Assembly: GCF_009914755.1 (NCBI RefSeq) | Contig: NC_060947.1 | Reading direction: 5' to 3' (one strand) | DNA: 64,000 nt | From: the human T2T-CHM13v2.0 reference genome, Homo sapiens | Shown: positions 38,232-52,599 of the stretch, one piece after another | Position numbering within the stretch: the first letter of the stretch is position 1 | Layout of the letters: each line of letters starts with the position of its first letter | Made by a program: the position numbers and the translations under genes | The notes under the pieces: generated by a model | Seen by the model: the letters and a program-made list of their open reading frames with translations, nothing else | The model's database searches: none | Told to the model about the DNA's origin: nothing

Positions 38232-41200
38232 TGACATAATGAAAAGAAGTGTGGGTTTTGAAATCTGACAGATCTTATTTCCAAATCCAAGTGTTTCTAT
38301 TCTCTAGTTGTGTGATAATATATAAGATGATTTACATACCTTGATCTCAGTTTGTAGTAATAGTAAAAACACCTTCTCAAGGTTATGATTAAGATGAAAT
38401 GGTGTATATACATGTCTTATAAATTGTTTAGCACATAGTGGGCCTACCCAGATTGAGATCAAGACATTGGGAAAATTTTTTAAAAGTTAGATTTAATCTC
38501 TTCTAAGTAAAAAAAAAAAAAAGATCTTGTGCCTATTCCTTGACAGTCTTCTCACAGATGGTGGAAACACAGCAAAACTAGTCCTACTAATGGAAAAATT
38601 TCACAAATCATCCTGAGTCAGTATTATTCTCATGAGCTTTTGTGTATATGTACATACAAAATGAGGCTGGAGAGCTCAAAACTGCCTGCATCTGTACCTT
38701 TACTAGCTGTTTGTTATTTTACAGTGATGTGAAATTTGCTTGAGAAGTATTTACATTTTCCTCATATAGACTATATCTGCTTTCAGATGTAGTCCAGTTT
38801 AAATAGCAAGAATTAATCCATTGAAGGTACACAATTTGGTTGAAACATCTGTTTGATATTCTGTGCAACCAACTTCATCTATTCTCTATGCAAAAAGAAC
38901 ACAATCTTACTTATAATAAACATTTTTTTTGTACCGGCAATCATGCAGCTGCAGAAAACATGGTTTATCATTAGATAATCACATCCTTGGGGGATTGGAT
39001 GCACCCGACTGTGTCTTATGCTTTCTATGTTGGAAATTTAATTTTCTCATAAATGTCAGAACTATTGCCTTGCTACATATTGCTTAATTAATAATTAAAC
39101 CATAATTCCATCCTTATAAACTATATTTAAATCTATATGCTATATGTATGTATACATAACACAAGCAGGACTAAACATAGATAATGGAGCCTTTTGTATC
39201 TCAGATAAGTTCATTTACATTTCATATCCTAGTATTAACTTGTACTAGTTGGTACATTTACTCCATCAGTGAAAACATCAGCTCATAAAAACAATTTAAT
39301 TGGAAACATAGCCCAATTCTTAATGATTCCCCCCCAGCCCACCCACTAATATATCGTAATGCTTGGATTTTTAAGAAATCAGGCTAAGGGTAAGAAAGAG
39401 AGTGAGTAATAAGTGAAAGTGAACTGATCGCTTTTGAGATTGAACCTGAATCCTAGTCATTATTAGCAAGCAGCTAGAAATCTTTTGGTAACTCAGAAAA
39501 AAATTGGCCATTTGTGTTATAGAATCAAGAGATACGCATTTTTCTCTGTATTTAAAGTGGAAAAAATCTTTCACTGTTAAACTAGTATCTCCTGCAATAA
39601 TGTGGTTAGATTTATGATGGTACGCAGATCTGTGACAATCTGTTATGTCATGTGCAATTTAAATCAGCTTTTGAGCAAGATGGCCCTTAATCAAGTGCTT
39701 CCAGGATGAATCCCTGTCACTAAGGGGCAATAGTGCAGTATTGGCAGTTCTGAGCTGACCAAAGGGGTTTAGAGATGGATGCCTAAGTTAGTTTAGTTAG
39801 TATGAAATTAAGTGATATATTCCAACAAAATTACTTTTCTTAACAATTCAGTATTGATCTCTTGAGCATCACTTATCACTGTGGAACCAATATACTGGTC
39901 CAAAGAGGATGATGAAAGCCACATGGAGTAGAGCCACTCTAAGCTGACACTGGCCTAAGTCAATTGAGTTTCTGGCTGGCAGCAGATACATGAGTGTGCC
40001 CAGCCTAGACCAGCCTAAATCAGCGGACAGTCAGCTAAATAAATGTTTACTGTTGTGTGCCTTTGAGATTTTATGGCTGTTTTGCAGAATGACAGAAACA
40101 TAATTATCAGTTTCTTGCCTTAGTCTACCCTGCTGACATTAGCATAGTCTTGTTGAAGAATAATAGTGGTTACCCTTCACTCTACTGATTGCCTAGTATA
40201 TGCCAGGTGCTTTTACATCTCTTTGATTCTTTCATTTCTTAAAGATAGCTATTATTACCCACTTTTATAGATAAGTAGAATGAAGTTCAGAGGTGTGAAG
40301 TTCATCTAATCCTTTTTAAAAATTTTAACTTTTATGGGTACATAGTAGGTATATATATATTTATGGGTTATATCAGATGTTTTGATACAGGCATGTAATG
40401 CGAGTTAAATACATCATGGAGAATGGGATATCCATTACCATTAGTAACAATCCAATTAAACTCTAAGTTATTTAAAAATATACAATTAGGTTATTATTGA
40501 CTGTAGTCACCCTGTTGTGCTATCAAATAGTAGGTCTTTTTCATTCTTTCTAACTATTTTTGTACCCATTAACCATCCCCACCTCCCCTCACCCTCCCAC
40601 TATCCTTTCCAGCCTCTGGTAACCATCCTTCTACTCTCTATGTCCATGAGTTCGAGTTCAATTGTTTCGGTTTTTAGGTCCCACAAATAAGTGAGAACAT
40701 GCGACGTTTGTCTTTCTGTGACTGGTTTATTTCACTTAACATAGTGATCTCCAGTTCTATCCATGTTGTTGCAGATGACTAGATCTCATTCTTTTTTATG
40801 GCCAAATAGTACTCTATTGTGAGTATGTGCCACATTTGCTTTATTCATCTATCTGTTAATGGACATTTAGGTTGCTTCTAAATCTTAGCTGTTGAAACAG
40901 TACCACAACAAATATGGGAGTGCAGATAGCTCCTTAATATACTGATTTTCTTTCTTTTAGATATATACCCAGCAGTGAAATTGCTGGATCATATGGTAAC
41001 TCAAGTTTTCATTTTTTTGAGAAATATCCAAACTGTTCTCCATAGTGGTTGTGCTAATTTACATTCCCACCAACTGTGTACAGGGGTTCTCTCTTCTCCA
41101 CATTCTCCCCAGCATTCATTATTGCCAGTCTTTTGGATATAAGCCATTTTAACTGGGGTGAGATGATATCTCATGTTAGCTTTCTTTCGCATTTCTCTGA

Positions 41201-44124
41201 TGATCAATGATATTGAGCACCTTTACACATGCCTGTTTGCCATTTGTATGTCTTCTTTTGAGAAATGTCTATTCAAATCTTTTGCCCATGTTTTGATCGG
41301 ATTAATAGATTGACTGGTCTGTTCAGATTTTGAATTTCTTCCTGGTTCTATCTTGATAGGTTGTATGTGTCTAGGAATTTGTTCATTTCTTCTTGATTTT
41401 CCAGTTTTTTGGCATATAGTTGCTTATAGTAGCCACTTAATGATACTTTCAATTTCTGCATATTCATTGTAATATCTTCATTTTCATTTCTGATTTTATT
41501 TATTTGCATCTTCTCTCTTGTTTTCTTAGTCTGGCTAAAGTTTTAACAATTTTGTTTAACTTTTCAACTTTTGTTTCATTGATCTATTGTATTGTTTATT
41601 TCACTTCAATTTCATTTATTTCTGCTCTGATCTTTGTTTTCTTTTCCTAATTTTGGGTTTGGCTTGCTCTTGCTTTTCTCGTTCTTTAAGATGCATCATT
41701 AGATTGTTCATTTGAAGTTTTTTTTCTCTTTTTTGATACAGGCTTTTATAGCCTTAAACTTCCCTCTCAAAACTGCTTTTGCTGCATCCCATAGGTTTTG
41801 GAATGTTGTGTTTCCGTTATTTGTTTTAAGAAATTTTTTTATTTCCTTCTTATTTTCATTGTTGACCCACTGGTCATTCAGAAGCATATTGTTTAATTTC
41901 TATGTATTGTATAGTTTCCAAAATTCCTCTTCTTATTAATTTCTAGTTTTATCCCATTGTGGTCAAAGAATCTGCTTGATATTATTTCAGTTTTATGAAT
42001 GTTTTTAGACTTGTTTCGTGACCTAACATATGGTCTATCCTTGAGAATGATACATGTGCTGAGGATAAGAATGTGTATTCTCCAGCTCTTGGATGAAATA
42101 TTCTGTAAATATCTATTAGATCTATTTGGTCTATAGTGCAGATTAAGTCTAATGTTTCTTTGTTGATTTTCTGTCTGGGAGATCTTTCCAATGCTGAAAG
42201 TGGGGTGTTGAAGACTCCAGCTAATATTGTATTCAGGCCTATCTCTCTCTTTAGCTCGAATAATATTTTCTTTGTATATCTGGTGCTCCAGTGTTGGGTG
42301 CATACATATTAAAATTGTTATATTCTCTTGCTGAATTGACCCCTTTATCGTTACATAGTGACCTTCTTTGTCTCTTCTTACGGTTTTGTTATGTAATCTT
42401 TTTTGCCTGATATAAATATATTGACTCCTGCTCTTTTTTGGTTTCCATTGACATGGAATATCTTTTTTTCATCCCTCTATTTTGTCTATGTATATCTTTA
42501 TAGGTGAAGTGCATTTCTTGTAGGTAATAGATCAGTGTGTCTTGTTTTTTCATTCATTAAGCCAGTCTATGTCTTTTAATTGGAGAGTTTATTTACATTC
42601 AATGTTATTTCTGATAAGTATGGACTTACTCCTGCCATTTTGTTATTTGTTTTCTGGTTGTATTGAGGTCTTCTCTTTGTTCTCTTTTTTCCTTCCTATC
42701 TTCCTCTAGTGAAGGTGATTTTCTCTGGTGATATGATTTAGTTTCTTGCGTTTTATTTTTTGTGTGTTCATTGTATGTTTGTTTGAGGTTACCATGAGGC
42801 TTGCAAATACTATCTTATAGTCCGTTATTTTAACCTGATAACAACTTAACCCTGTTTGCATAACAAACAAGCAAAAAGAAAACTAATAAAACTCTGTGCT
42901 TTAACTTCATCCTCCACTTTTTAACTTTTTGTTGTTGCTATTTACATCTTATTTTACTGACTATGTCTTGGAAAGTTGTTGCGGTTATTATTTTTGATTG
43001 GCTCATCAGTTAGTCTTTCCACTTAGGAGAAGAGTAGTTTATACACCACAGTTACAGTGTTAGAGTATTCTGTGTTTGACTATTACCAGTGAGTTTTGTA
43101 CCTTCAGGTGATTATTTACTGCTCATCAATGTCCTTTTTTCCTGATTGAAGTACTCTTTGTAGCGTTTCTTGTAGGGCAGGCCTGGTATTGATGAAATTC
43201 CTCAGCTTTTGTTTGTCTGGGAAAGTATTTTTCCTTCATGTTTGAAGGATATTTTCACCAGATATACTATTCTAGTGTAAAAGTTTTTTTGCTTCAGCTC
43301 TTCAAATATGTCATGTCACTTTCTCCTGGCCTGTAAGGTTTCCACTGAGAAGTCTGCTGCCAGACATATTGGAGCTCCATTGTATATTATTTGTTTCTTT
43401 TCTCTTGCTGCTTTTAGGATCCTTTCTTTATCCTTGACCTTGGGGAGTTTGATTATTAAATGCTTGAAGTAGTCTTCTTTGGATTAAATCTTCTTGGTAT
43501 TCTGTAACCTTCTTGTACTTGGATATTGGTATCTTTCTCTAGGTTTGGGAAGTTCTCTGTTATTATCCTTTTGGGTAAATGTTCTATCCCTATCTCTTTC
43601 TCTACCTCCTCTTTAAGGCCAATAATTCTTAGATTTGCCCTTTGAGGCTATTTTCTAGATCCTGTAGGTGTCCTTCATTGTTTTTTACTCTTTTTTCTTT
43701 TGTGTCCTCTGACTGTATTTTCAATACCTTATCTTCTAGCTCACTAATTCTTTCTTCTGCTTCATCAGTTCTGCCATTAAGGGACTCCAATGCATTCTTC
43801 ATTATGTCAATTGCATTTTTCAGCTCCAGAATTTCTGCTTGACTTTTAGAGATTATTTTAGTCTCTTTGTTAAATTTATCTTATAGAATTCTGAATTCCT
43901 TCTCTGTATTATCTTGAATTTCTTTGACTTTCTTCAACACAACTAAGTTGAATTCTCTGTCTGAAAGGTTCCATATCTCTGTTTCTCCAGGATGCCTGGT
44001 GCCTTATTTAGTTCATTTGGTCCTCGATGCCTTGTTTAGTCCATCTGGTGAGGTTATGATTTTCTGGATGGTATTGATGCTAATAGATGTCCTTCAATGT
44101 CTGGGCATTAAAGAGTTAGGTATT

Positions 44125-44453
<329 letters not shown>

Positions 44454-45006
44454 TTATTTGTAGCCATCCTCCTTGGGAAGGCTTTCCAGATATTTGAAAG
44501 AATGAGGTGTTCTGATCTTAGCTGTTTCTACTTTATGGGGCACCCCAAGCCCAGTAATGCTGTGGTTCTTGCAGACTCATAGAGGTACCACCTTGATGGT
44601 CTTGGACAAGATCTGAAAGAATTCTCTGTATTACTAGGCAGAGGCTCTTGTTCTCTTTCCTTACTTTCTCCCAAACAAACAGAATCTTTCTCTGTTCTGA
44701 GCCACCTAAATCTGGTGGGTTTAGTGACACAGGCTCCCCTGTGGCCACCACCACTATGACTGTGCTGGGTCAGCGCTGAAACCAGCACAGCACTGGATCT
44801 TGCGCAAGGCCTACTGTAACTGCTCCCTGGCTAGTGCCTATATTTGCTCAGGGTCCTGGAGTTCTACAGTCAGCAGGTGGCAAAGCCAGACAGGCCTATG
44901 TCCTTCCCTTCAGGACAGTGAGGTCCCCCAGGCCCCAAGTGCATCCAGAGGTGCTGTCCAGGAGTCAGAGACTAGAGTCAAAATCATTAGAGGTCTACCT
45001 TGTATT

Positions 45007-45183
45007 ATTTTTAAATTTATTTTTATTTTTTAATTTAACCTTTAAGTTCAGTGGTACATGTGCAGGCTTGTTACATAGGTAAACTTGTGTCATGGGGGTT
45101 TATTGTACAGATTATTTCATCACCAAGGTATTAAGCCTAGTACCCATTAGTTATTTTTCCTGATCCTCTCCGTCCTCCCACCT
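45007..45183 (-). mobile_element. Short L1PA (PA8-13-like) 3' end nested in the L1MA 5'UTR
   Basis: TTTAAGTTCAGTGGTACATGTGCAGG..CATAGGTAAACTTGTGTCATGGGGG; TSD CTTGTATT. Confidence 0.82.
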
Positions 45184-46539
45184 CTTGTATTGCGGCTGGG
45201 CTGGTACTCAAACCCCAAGACACAGTCCTTCCCACTCTTCCCTCCCTTTTCAAAGATAGAGGAGCTTAATCCAGTAGCCACCACCACCCTAGGCCCTAAG
45301 GAATACTGCCACACTACACACTATCAGTAGATGTTCCCTTAAGGCCCAAGGGCTCTTAAGTCAGCTTGTAGTGAATGCTGTCTGGCCTGGGACTCACCCT
45401 TTAGGGCAGTGGACTCCCCTCTGGCCCAGGGCAGGTCCAGAAATGCTGTCCAAGAGTCAAGTCCTGGAATCTGGGACCCCAAGTGCCTGCTTGGTGCTCT
45501 GCTGCCCTGTGGCCATGATGGTACCTGAAGCCAGCAAGTCTCAGATGCTCAGCCGAGGCCCTTGACGTAGTACTTGGGCATCACTGCTGCTCATTCAGGG
45601 CCCAAGTGTTCTTCAGTTAGCAGGTGATGAGTGCTGCCAGGACCAGGTCTTTTTCTTCAAGGCATTGGGTTGCCCTCTGGCCCAGGGTATATCTAGAAAT
45701 GTTGTCTGGGAGCTAGAACCTGAAATGGGGGCCTCACGACTGACTGGTGCCCTATCCTCCTGTGGCTGAGCCTGGTATCCAAGATGCAAGACAAAGTCTT
45801 CCTCGCTCTTCCCTCTCCTCTCCTTAAGTGGAAGGAGGGGGTCTCTTTTGGAGCCTGGAGCTGTGTAGCCTGGGTTTAGGGGAGGGGTGATGCCAGCACT
45901 CCCCTAGCCACCCCAGCTGGAGTCTAAATATGTCACATGCTTCCCCGGTCCAAAGTCTTGGGCCTAGTTCAGCACTAGGACTCACTTAAGAGTTGCAGTC
46001 CTTAGGATCTAGACTTCCTTTCAAGTTTACTTGGAGACTCAGAGCACTGTAGCCCTCTGTGGGGAGGCTTGCAGGCACTCTAGCTCTGACCACTGGGATC
46101 AATGATTCCCCTCTGGCTAGGGCTGGTTTGAATGCTTCCTCGGTGGTTGGGCATCAGCTGAGTTCGTTCTGGTTTCTTTTCTGCTCTAACAGGACAGCAC
46201 TGAGTTCAATGCCTCCCAATTGCTGTGTTCTCCTGCCCCCAGCCCCTAGCCCTCAGAGATGCTCTAGGCACCATGCTGCCACTGCCAGGGGTGAGGGAGG
46301 GATGGGATTGGGGATTCTGTACTTTTTTTTCTATCTCTCTAGTGCCTCTTCCAGTGATACGAAGTTAAAACCAGGTACTATGACTGCTTGCCTGCTGACT
46401 TTTGGTTCTTATGAAGGTGTTTTTTTTTCCTGTGTAGATAGTTGTTAACTTAGTGTCCTTGCTGGGCGGGGGGGTGGGGGGGGGGCGACGATCGGTGGTA
46501 CTTTCTATTCCATCATCTTGCTCCACCTCCTCTTCCCTA

Positions 46540-47140
46540 CCTAATAACTTTCTTGACACCTCAACTTAGTGTTCTAATAGGCATCTCAAACATTTGTTTA
46601 AAACTTAGTATCTTATCTTCTCCCCACAATCTGTTTAACCCACAGTCTTTTCCATCTCAGTTAATGGCAAGCCTATCTTTCCAGTTGCTCTAGTGCAACA
46701 CCTTGGGGCTGTATTTGATTTCTCTATCATATCTCAAATCCAATTTATCAATAAATCTTATTTACTCTACATCCAGCGTATTTACAGAAGCAGACCATAT
46801 CCACTGCTATCATCATGGTCCAAACCACTATCATCTCTTGCCTGGATTATTGCATTAGTCTTTAATCTGTTTACTCCACTCATGACCTTCTGCAATTGAT
46901 TCTCCATGTAGAAACTAGAGCAATCTCCTAAAAAATGTTTGTTAGATCATGTCACTCTTTTGTCGAATACATTCTCAGAATAAAAGCCAAAGTTCTTTTG
47001 CAATGGCATATAAGGCCCTACACAATATGTTCCAAAAGGACAAGGGTTATTATGCTTTGCTCACTGATATTTCCACAGGAGCCTGAACAGTGCTCAATAC
47101 CACAGTAGGTGCTCACTAAGTATCTGTTGATTGAAGAAAT
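46540..47140 (+). mobile_element. L2 3' region
   Basis: TAATAGGCATCTCAAAC..CATCTCAGTTAATGGCA..CTCTTGCCTGGATTATTGCA..GTAGGTGCTCACTAAGTATCTGTTGATTGAA. Confidence 0.8.
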
Positions 47141-49284
47141 GAAAGCAACATGGGGTGAAAGGTTATTCAGTTAGTAAATAGCTGAGATGGAATTTAAACC
47201 CTGTTTGATCTAACTTCAATGGCATTCCTTTTTTAAAAATCACTTTTCTAGTGTTCAATTTTTTTATATTGAAGACTCAAATCTTTTAGCTCTTTGCCTA
47301 ATGACTTGTCTGTTTCCTTCTTTCTCGTGTGCCTTAATAAGTTTTGACTGGATAAAAATGGATTGGTGGTTGCGGTGGTGACAGGACGTGGTTTGCTAAG
47401 GTGTTTTGTTTACATGGTTTTAAGATGGGAGAATGAAGGGTGTGACTGTTATCTCCTTTCCTAGTGACAAATATGAATCTACGAGGTAAGGTAAGGGACT
47501 ACATAGGGGGAACTTGCCTCTCTTCTTGGATTGTGATTTTTATGTAACTAAAAATTCATTCTACAGCCTGAAAGCAATGCTTTCTAAGCTTGTGACAGAA
47601 TGTATCACAGCATTCCACTAGAAAATAGCAGGTCTACTTATCTTTCAATAATTCCTTTTATTCTGTCAATGCCAGAGATGGAGACCCAGTCTTTTTGTAA
47701 TAAGCCTTTATGTTTTAGAGATCATTATTAAAACACCTCCTGTCCTTCTTAGGTTTAAATAATGTCAAATCATTTCAGCTTTATTCTTAAGTCCTATTTC
47801 TATATCTTTAATCATTTTTATTTCTTTGCTGTAAGTCCTCTTTACATTCTTCAAATATGAAAAATTGAAGGACCTCTATTGGCAACCACCAAGAGGAAAT
47901 TTTTCTGTCTTAGTTTTTAATGTATAAACACAGACATGATTAATTACATAGACTTTTCTGAAGCAAATGCTTACCCAGAATACAGATATATTCCTAGTGT
48001 AAATAATATTATAATGCTGCTTTACATCTTAGTGACATTTCTGACTTTTAGTTTTTATAATATTATTCAGTCACTTTAGATGCCCTTAAAAAACTCTCCT
48101 TTATGTACACAATATACTCTAAATCTGTTTAAAATGTGGTCCCTACTTTCTATAGCCTTATGATCTGTGTACCGTTGTAGGTTTTAGATTTAGAACAGCA
48201 AGCTTTTAAATTATGAGTGGAATGACTACTGCAGTATTGCAATGAGATTGTAAAGAAAAACTTCCATTCTTACAAAAAATAATTTCATAATATTTGCATT
48301 GCTTCCACATATATTACCAAACTACTTCCTTTTTGCTAGGCTAAGAGACTGTAATTTGGAAAAAGAGTTCTGGGAGCTTACTTACAAATATAATCCCCCA
48401 ACCCCGAAAAATAACAGAAAAGACAAGGAGTAAACAATTTGTTCCTGCTTACTTTCTGATCTTATGTTTTAAGAACTGAGATCAAAAGAGATCACTATTA
48501 CAAGGGTCAAGTACAGGATCATCTCTTTTATATAGATTTAACCAATAAGAAAATTCCTAACTCATCCTTAAAATGCAGGAATAAGATGTATCTGATGCAC
48601 TCTGGTTAGCTTTTAAGATGACTTGCAAATTTGTTTAGTGGTGATAATGTGACTTACATATATTGTGCATTTTGATCTTTATGTGCTTTTGATAGCAATG
48701 AACTAAGAACTATGATTTTTTTGGGAAAGGGAAGAGATATTTTTTCTTAAGTCCTTCTTTGGCTTTGAAGAGATGTTTTCTGAGAAAGATGCTTTTCTTT
48801 GTTTCTAGAAGAATTTTATTTTTTCAAATAATAATTTGTAGATGAAATTCTCATAAATCAAGTCAGTTTACTTTGAAGGCATTTGATTATGTGTTAAAAT
48901 TCCTTCTTCCTTAAATATCAGTAAATTGCTGTGAGATACAATTGGTAAAATTTTTATTATCCAAATCCCAGCTAATCATACCACTTTTTGGAATCATTAC
49001 ATTTATTATGTAAATTAGTTTTGTAGAACAAGGCAGAGACAGTACTTGTCTTTCGTTGGTTTTGGAGGACAGGATTTTGTTATTCTTGTTGTTGTTTCAA
49101 AAGAGAAAATTCCAAGACCTGGACTGGATTCAATGCAAACCTCAATCTACTTTAACCTTGAAATTTTAGCTTACTTTTAAATTAGTAATTGTCAAGCAAG
49201 CCAGGATCAGCTCCCATCAAAGGGTATATGAAAAGTGTATTGAAGTTAAAAAAAGAGCATTTTTCTGGTTGTTATTAATTTGGT

Positions 49285-49510
49285 CAGTGCTGTTCAGTAG
49301 AAACTTCTGTAAATATGAAAACGTCCTTTATCTGTGCAATGTAATACACATGTGGCTATGAGCATTTGAAATGTGGCTACTGAATTGAATTGAATTTATA
49401 ATTTGATAAATTCAATTGAATTCGATGTATCGAATTCATAATTTAGTTTTATTTAATTCATTTTATTTTAAATATAGGTGGCCACACATGGGTACTAGTG
49501 GACAACAGGG
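49285..49510. mobile_element. MER3 with an internal inverted-repeat expansion
   Basis: CAGTGCTGTTCAGTAGAAACTTCTG..CACATGTGGCTATGAGCATTTGAAATGTGGCTA..GCCACACATG..TGGACA. Confidence 0.7.
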
Positions 49511-49904
49511 AATTAGAGTACTGAATTATTGAGAACACCACATCCCCTAAGTATGTCAGTGAACAATCTTGACCAGACTTCCTTATTCAGAACTCACATG
49601 CACCTTTCTGGCAAAAGATTTTTTTTTTAAAAAAAAATCACATTTAGAGTCCCTTTGTTGATACGAGCAACCATACGGGGCATCTCATCAGTTGGGGGGA
49701 GAGTCTCAGAGTATCCATAGTATCCAGTATCCATAAGGAGACAAAAGGAGACATGCTAACTGGGCTCTGTACCCACCTTCTAATTGCAGGAGATAAGGGT
49801 TTCTTTATAATCAGTATTTTAACCTTAGAAACTTCCAAGCTATGTAGGATTCTACAAAGACATATTTTATCACCTAGGGTTCTAGAGATAGTGGGTTTTT
49901 ATTT

Positions 49905-50219
<315 letters not shown>

Positions 50220-50257
50220 TAGATAGCAGGTTTTTAACCTGAGGGATGGTGAGATAC

Positions 50258-50602
50258 TGCATTATTCTGTTTTCACGCTGTGGATAAAGACATACCCGAG
50301 ACTGGACAATTTACAAAAGAAAAAGGTTTAATCGACTTACAGTTCCACGTGGCTGGGGAGGCCTCACAATCATGGCAGAAGTCAAGGAGGAGCAAGTCGC
50401 ATCTTGTGCGGATGGCAACGGGCAGGGAGAGTTGTGCAGGCAAACTCCCACTTGTTCAAACTCATGATCTTGTGAGACTTATTTACTATCACTAGAACAG
50501 CACAGAAAAGATCCTCCCACCGGGTCCCTCCCACAACACATGGGGATTATGAGAGCTACAAGATGAAATTTGGAGTGGGGGACACAGAGCCAAACCATAT
50601 CA
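50258..50602 (-). mobile_element. THE1B-like MaLR solo LTR
   Basis: GATAAAGACATACCCGAGACTGG..CAGTTCCACGTGGCTGGGGAGGCCTCACAATCATGGCAGAAG..GCCAAACCATATCA; 5-bp TSD GATAC at 50253-50257 and 50603-50607. Confidence 0.92.
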
Positions 50603-50809
50603 GATACCAAGGGCTGCTCTTGACATTTCAGTTTTGTAGATTTGTCAGGGCCCAGTGGGAAACAAAAGGAAATAAAGCCTGTTTTTATGAAGTTTCTTGT
50701 TTTCCAGATTTGAATCTTGCTAGAAGAGGAGGTTGCACCCCCCATGACAACACTGAGAGGACATTTTTAGGTAGTTGTCTTTACTTGGGGCTTATGGACC
50801 AAATTGGTT

Positions 50810-51270
50810 CTGATATCTATCACTGCATACCAAACCACCCCAAATTTAGTGGCATAAAACAATAGTTATTTATTTGTCTCACAAATCTGCAGTTTGGACA
50901 CTGTTCAGTGATGACCGCTCATCTCTGCTCCATGTGATATAAGTTGGGGCAGATGGAAGTCTGGAGGTGACTCAGAGGTTGGGAGTCTGAAATCATAAGA
51001 AGGCGAATTTTTCATGTTTGGTGGTGGATGCTGGCTATTAGCGAGAACATCTCCATGTGTCTCCTTTATGTGGCTGTTTGGCTTTCTCTCAGTATGGCAG
51101 CTAGCTTCCAAAGCAAGACAAGGACTCCAGGCAGAAGCTGTTATCGCCTTTTATGACTTAGCTTTGCCAGTCATCTAACATCACTTTTGTGATAGTCACA
51201 GATCAACCCAGATTCAAAGGGAGGGACATAGATCCCACCTGCTTATGAGATAAGGACGAATGCTTTGGGG
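50810..51270 (-). mobile_element. MLT1-family LTR
   Basis: CAAACCACCCCAAATTTAGTGGCATAAAACAA..CCAGGCAGAAGCTG..CCCAGATTCAAAGGGAGGG. Confidence 0.78.
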
Positions 51271-51473
51271 CACCTTGAATTTATAGGCTCTTTTTAAATG
51301 TGCATTTTTCTGTGGATAGCAACGTGACTTGATATGATTTTCAAACTAACATCAATTTATAAAATTTTTTATGATCTAATGGGAAATGCAGGCTTCTTTA
51401 TTATCCAACTTAGGTCACAGTCTTGGAAGTTAAAGAATAGTATGGCATGTGACACTGCTTAATGTTGTATAGG

Positions 51474-52230
51474 TCAGTGTTTCTCAAGCTTTAGTGTGCA
51501 TACAAATCACATGGGGATCTTATTAAAAATGCAGATTCTTATTTAATAGGTCTGGGGGTGGAGCATGTCTAAGTTGGTCTTGAGATTCTGTATTTCATTT
51601 TTTAATTTTAGATTCAGGGGATACATGTGTGGGTTTGTTACACGAGTATATTGTATAATGCTGAGGTTTTGGCTTCTATTGAACCCATCACCCAAATAGT
51701 GAACAAGTACTTAATAGGTACTTTTCTAACCCTTATTCCCCTTATCCCCTCTTTTGGAGTCTCCAGTGTCTATCGTTCCCCTCTTTATGTCCATGTGTAC
51801 CCAGTATTTAGCTCCCACTTATAAGTGAGAACATGTGATATTTGATTTTCTGTTCTTCATTAATTTGCTTAGGATAATGGCTTCCAGCTGCATCCATGTT
51901 GCTGCAAAGGGCATGATTTTGTTTTTTCTTATGGCTGCATAGTATTCCATGGTGTATGTGTACCACATTTTCTTCATTCAATCAATCATTGATGAGCACT
52001 TAGATTGATTCTGTGACTTTGCTATTGTGAATAGTGTTGTGATAAATGTACGAGTATAGATTTGTTTTTGATGGAATGATTTCTTTTCCTTTGGGTAGAT
52101 ACCCATTAGTGGGATTGCTGGGTCCAATAGTAGTTCCATTTTTAGTTGTTTGAGAAATACGTATTTCTAACAACTTTTCCAGTGATGCTGATACTGCTGG
52201 TCTGTGGTCAACCACACTTTGAGCAGCAAG
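51474..52230. mobile_element. MER5A split by an L1PA16-like insertion
   Basis: CAGTGTTTCTCAAGCTTTAGTGTGCAT..AATCAC..AAAATGCAGATTC on the left; TTTCTAACAA..TGATGCTGATACTGCTGGTC..CCACACTTTGAG on the right. Confidence 0.82.
51597..52160 (-). mobile_element. L1PA16/17-like 3' fragment
   Basis: TTTAGATTCAGGGGATACATG..GAACCCATCACCCAAATAGTGAAC; TSD GTATTTC at 51590-51596 and 52161-52167. Confidence 0.88.
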
Positions 52231-52444
52231 AACATAAATGTTTCCCCCTATTCTGTTTTGGAGCTTTGGGTAGCTACGTATTATCATTGAATATATCATA
52301 ATTGTTAATAATTATAATGGCTAATGATTGCACAATCAAGTGACATAACATGAGCAAACTTCCCAGCACATAGTAGCTACAAATAATTCATCCATAAATC
52401 CTTGATCTGCCCACATTTTCTCTTGGAGTAACACACTACCAAGA

Positions 52445-52599
52445 TCAGTCCTGTGTTCATTGGGTTGTACACAGCACAACTACAGAGAGTGTCAATTACA
52501 ACTACAGTTGGGCTGTACACAGCACAACTACAGAGCGTGTCAATTACGTAGATCAATATATGAAATTGACTCTTGGAGTTGTGAAATACAGTGGCCCTG
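52445..52599. mobile_element. MER91-like (hAT-Tip100) element with an internal tandem duplication
   Basis: TTGTACACAGCACAACT....GGAGTTGTG..GGCCCTG palindromic layout; 40-bp block repeated at 48-bp spacing. Confidence 0.55.
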
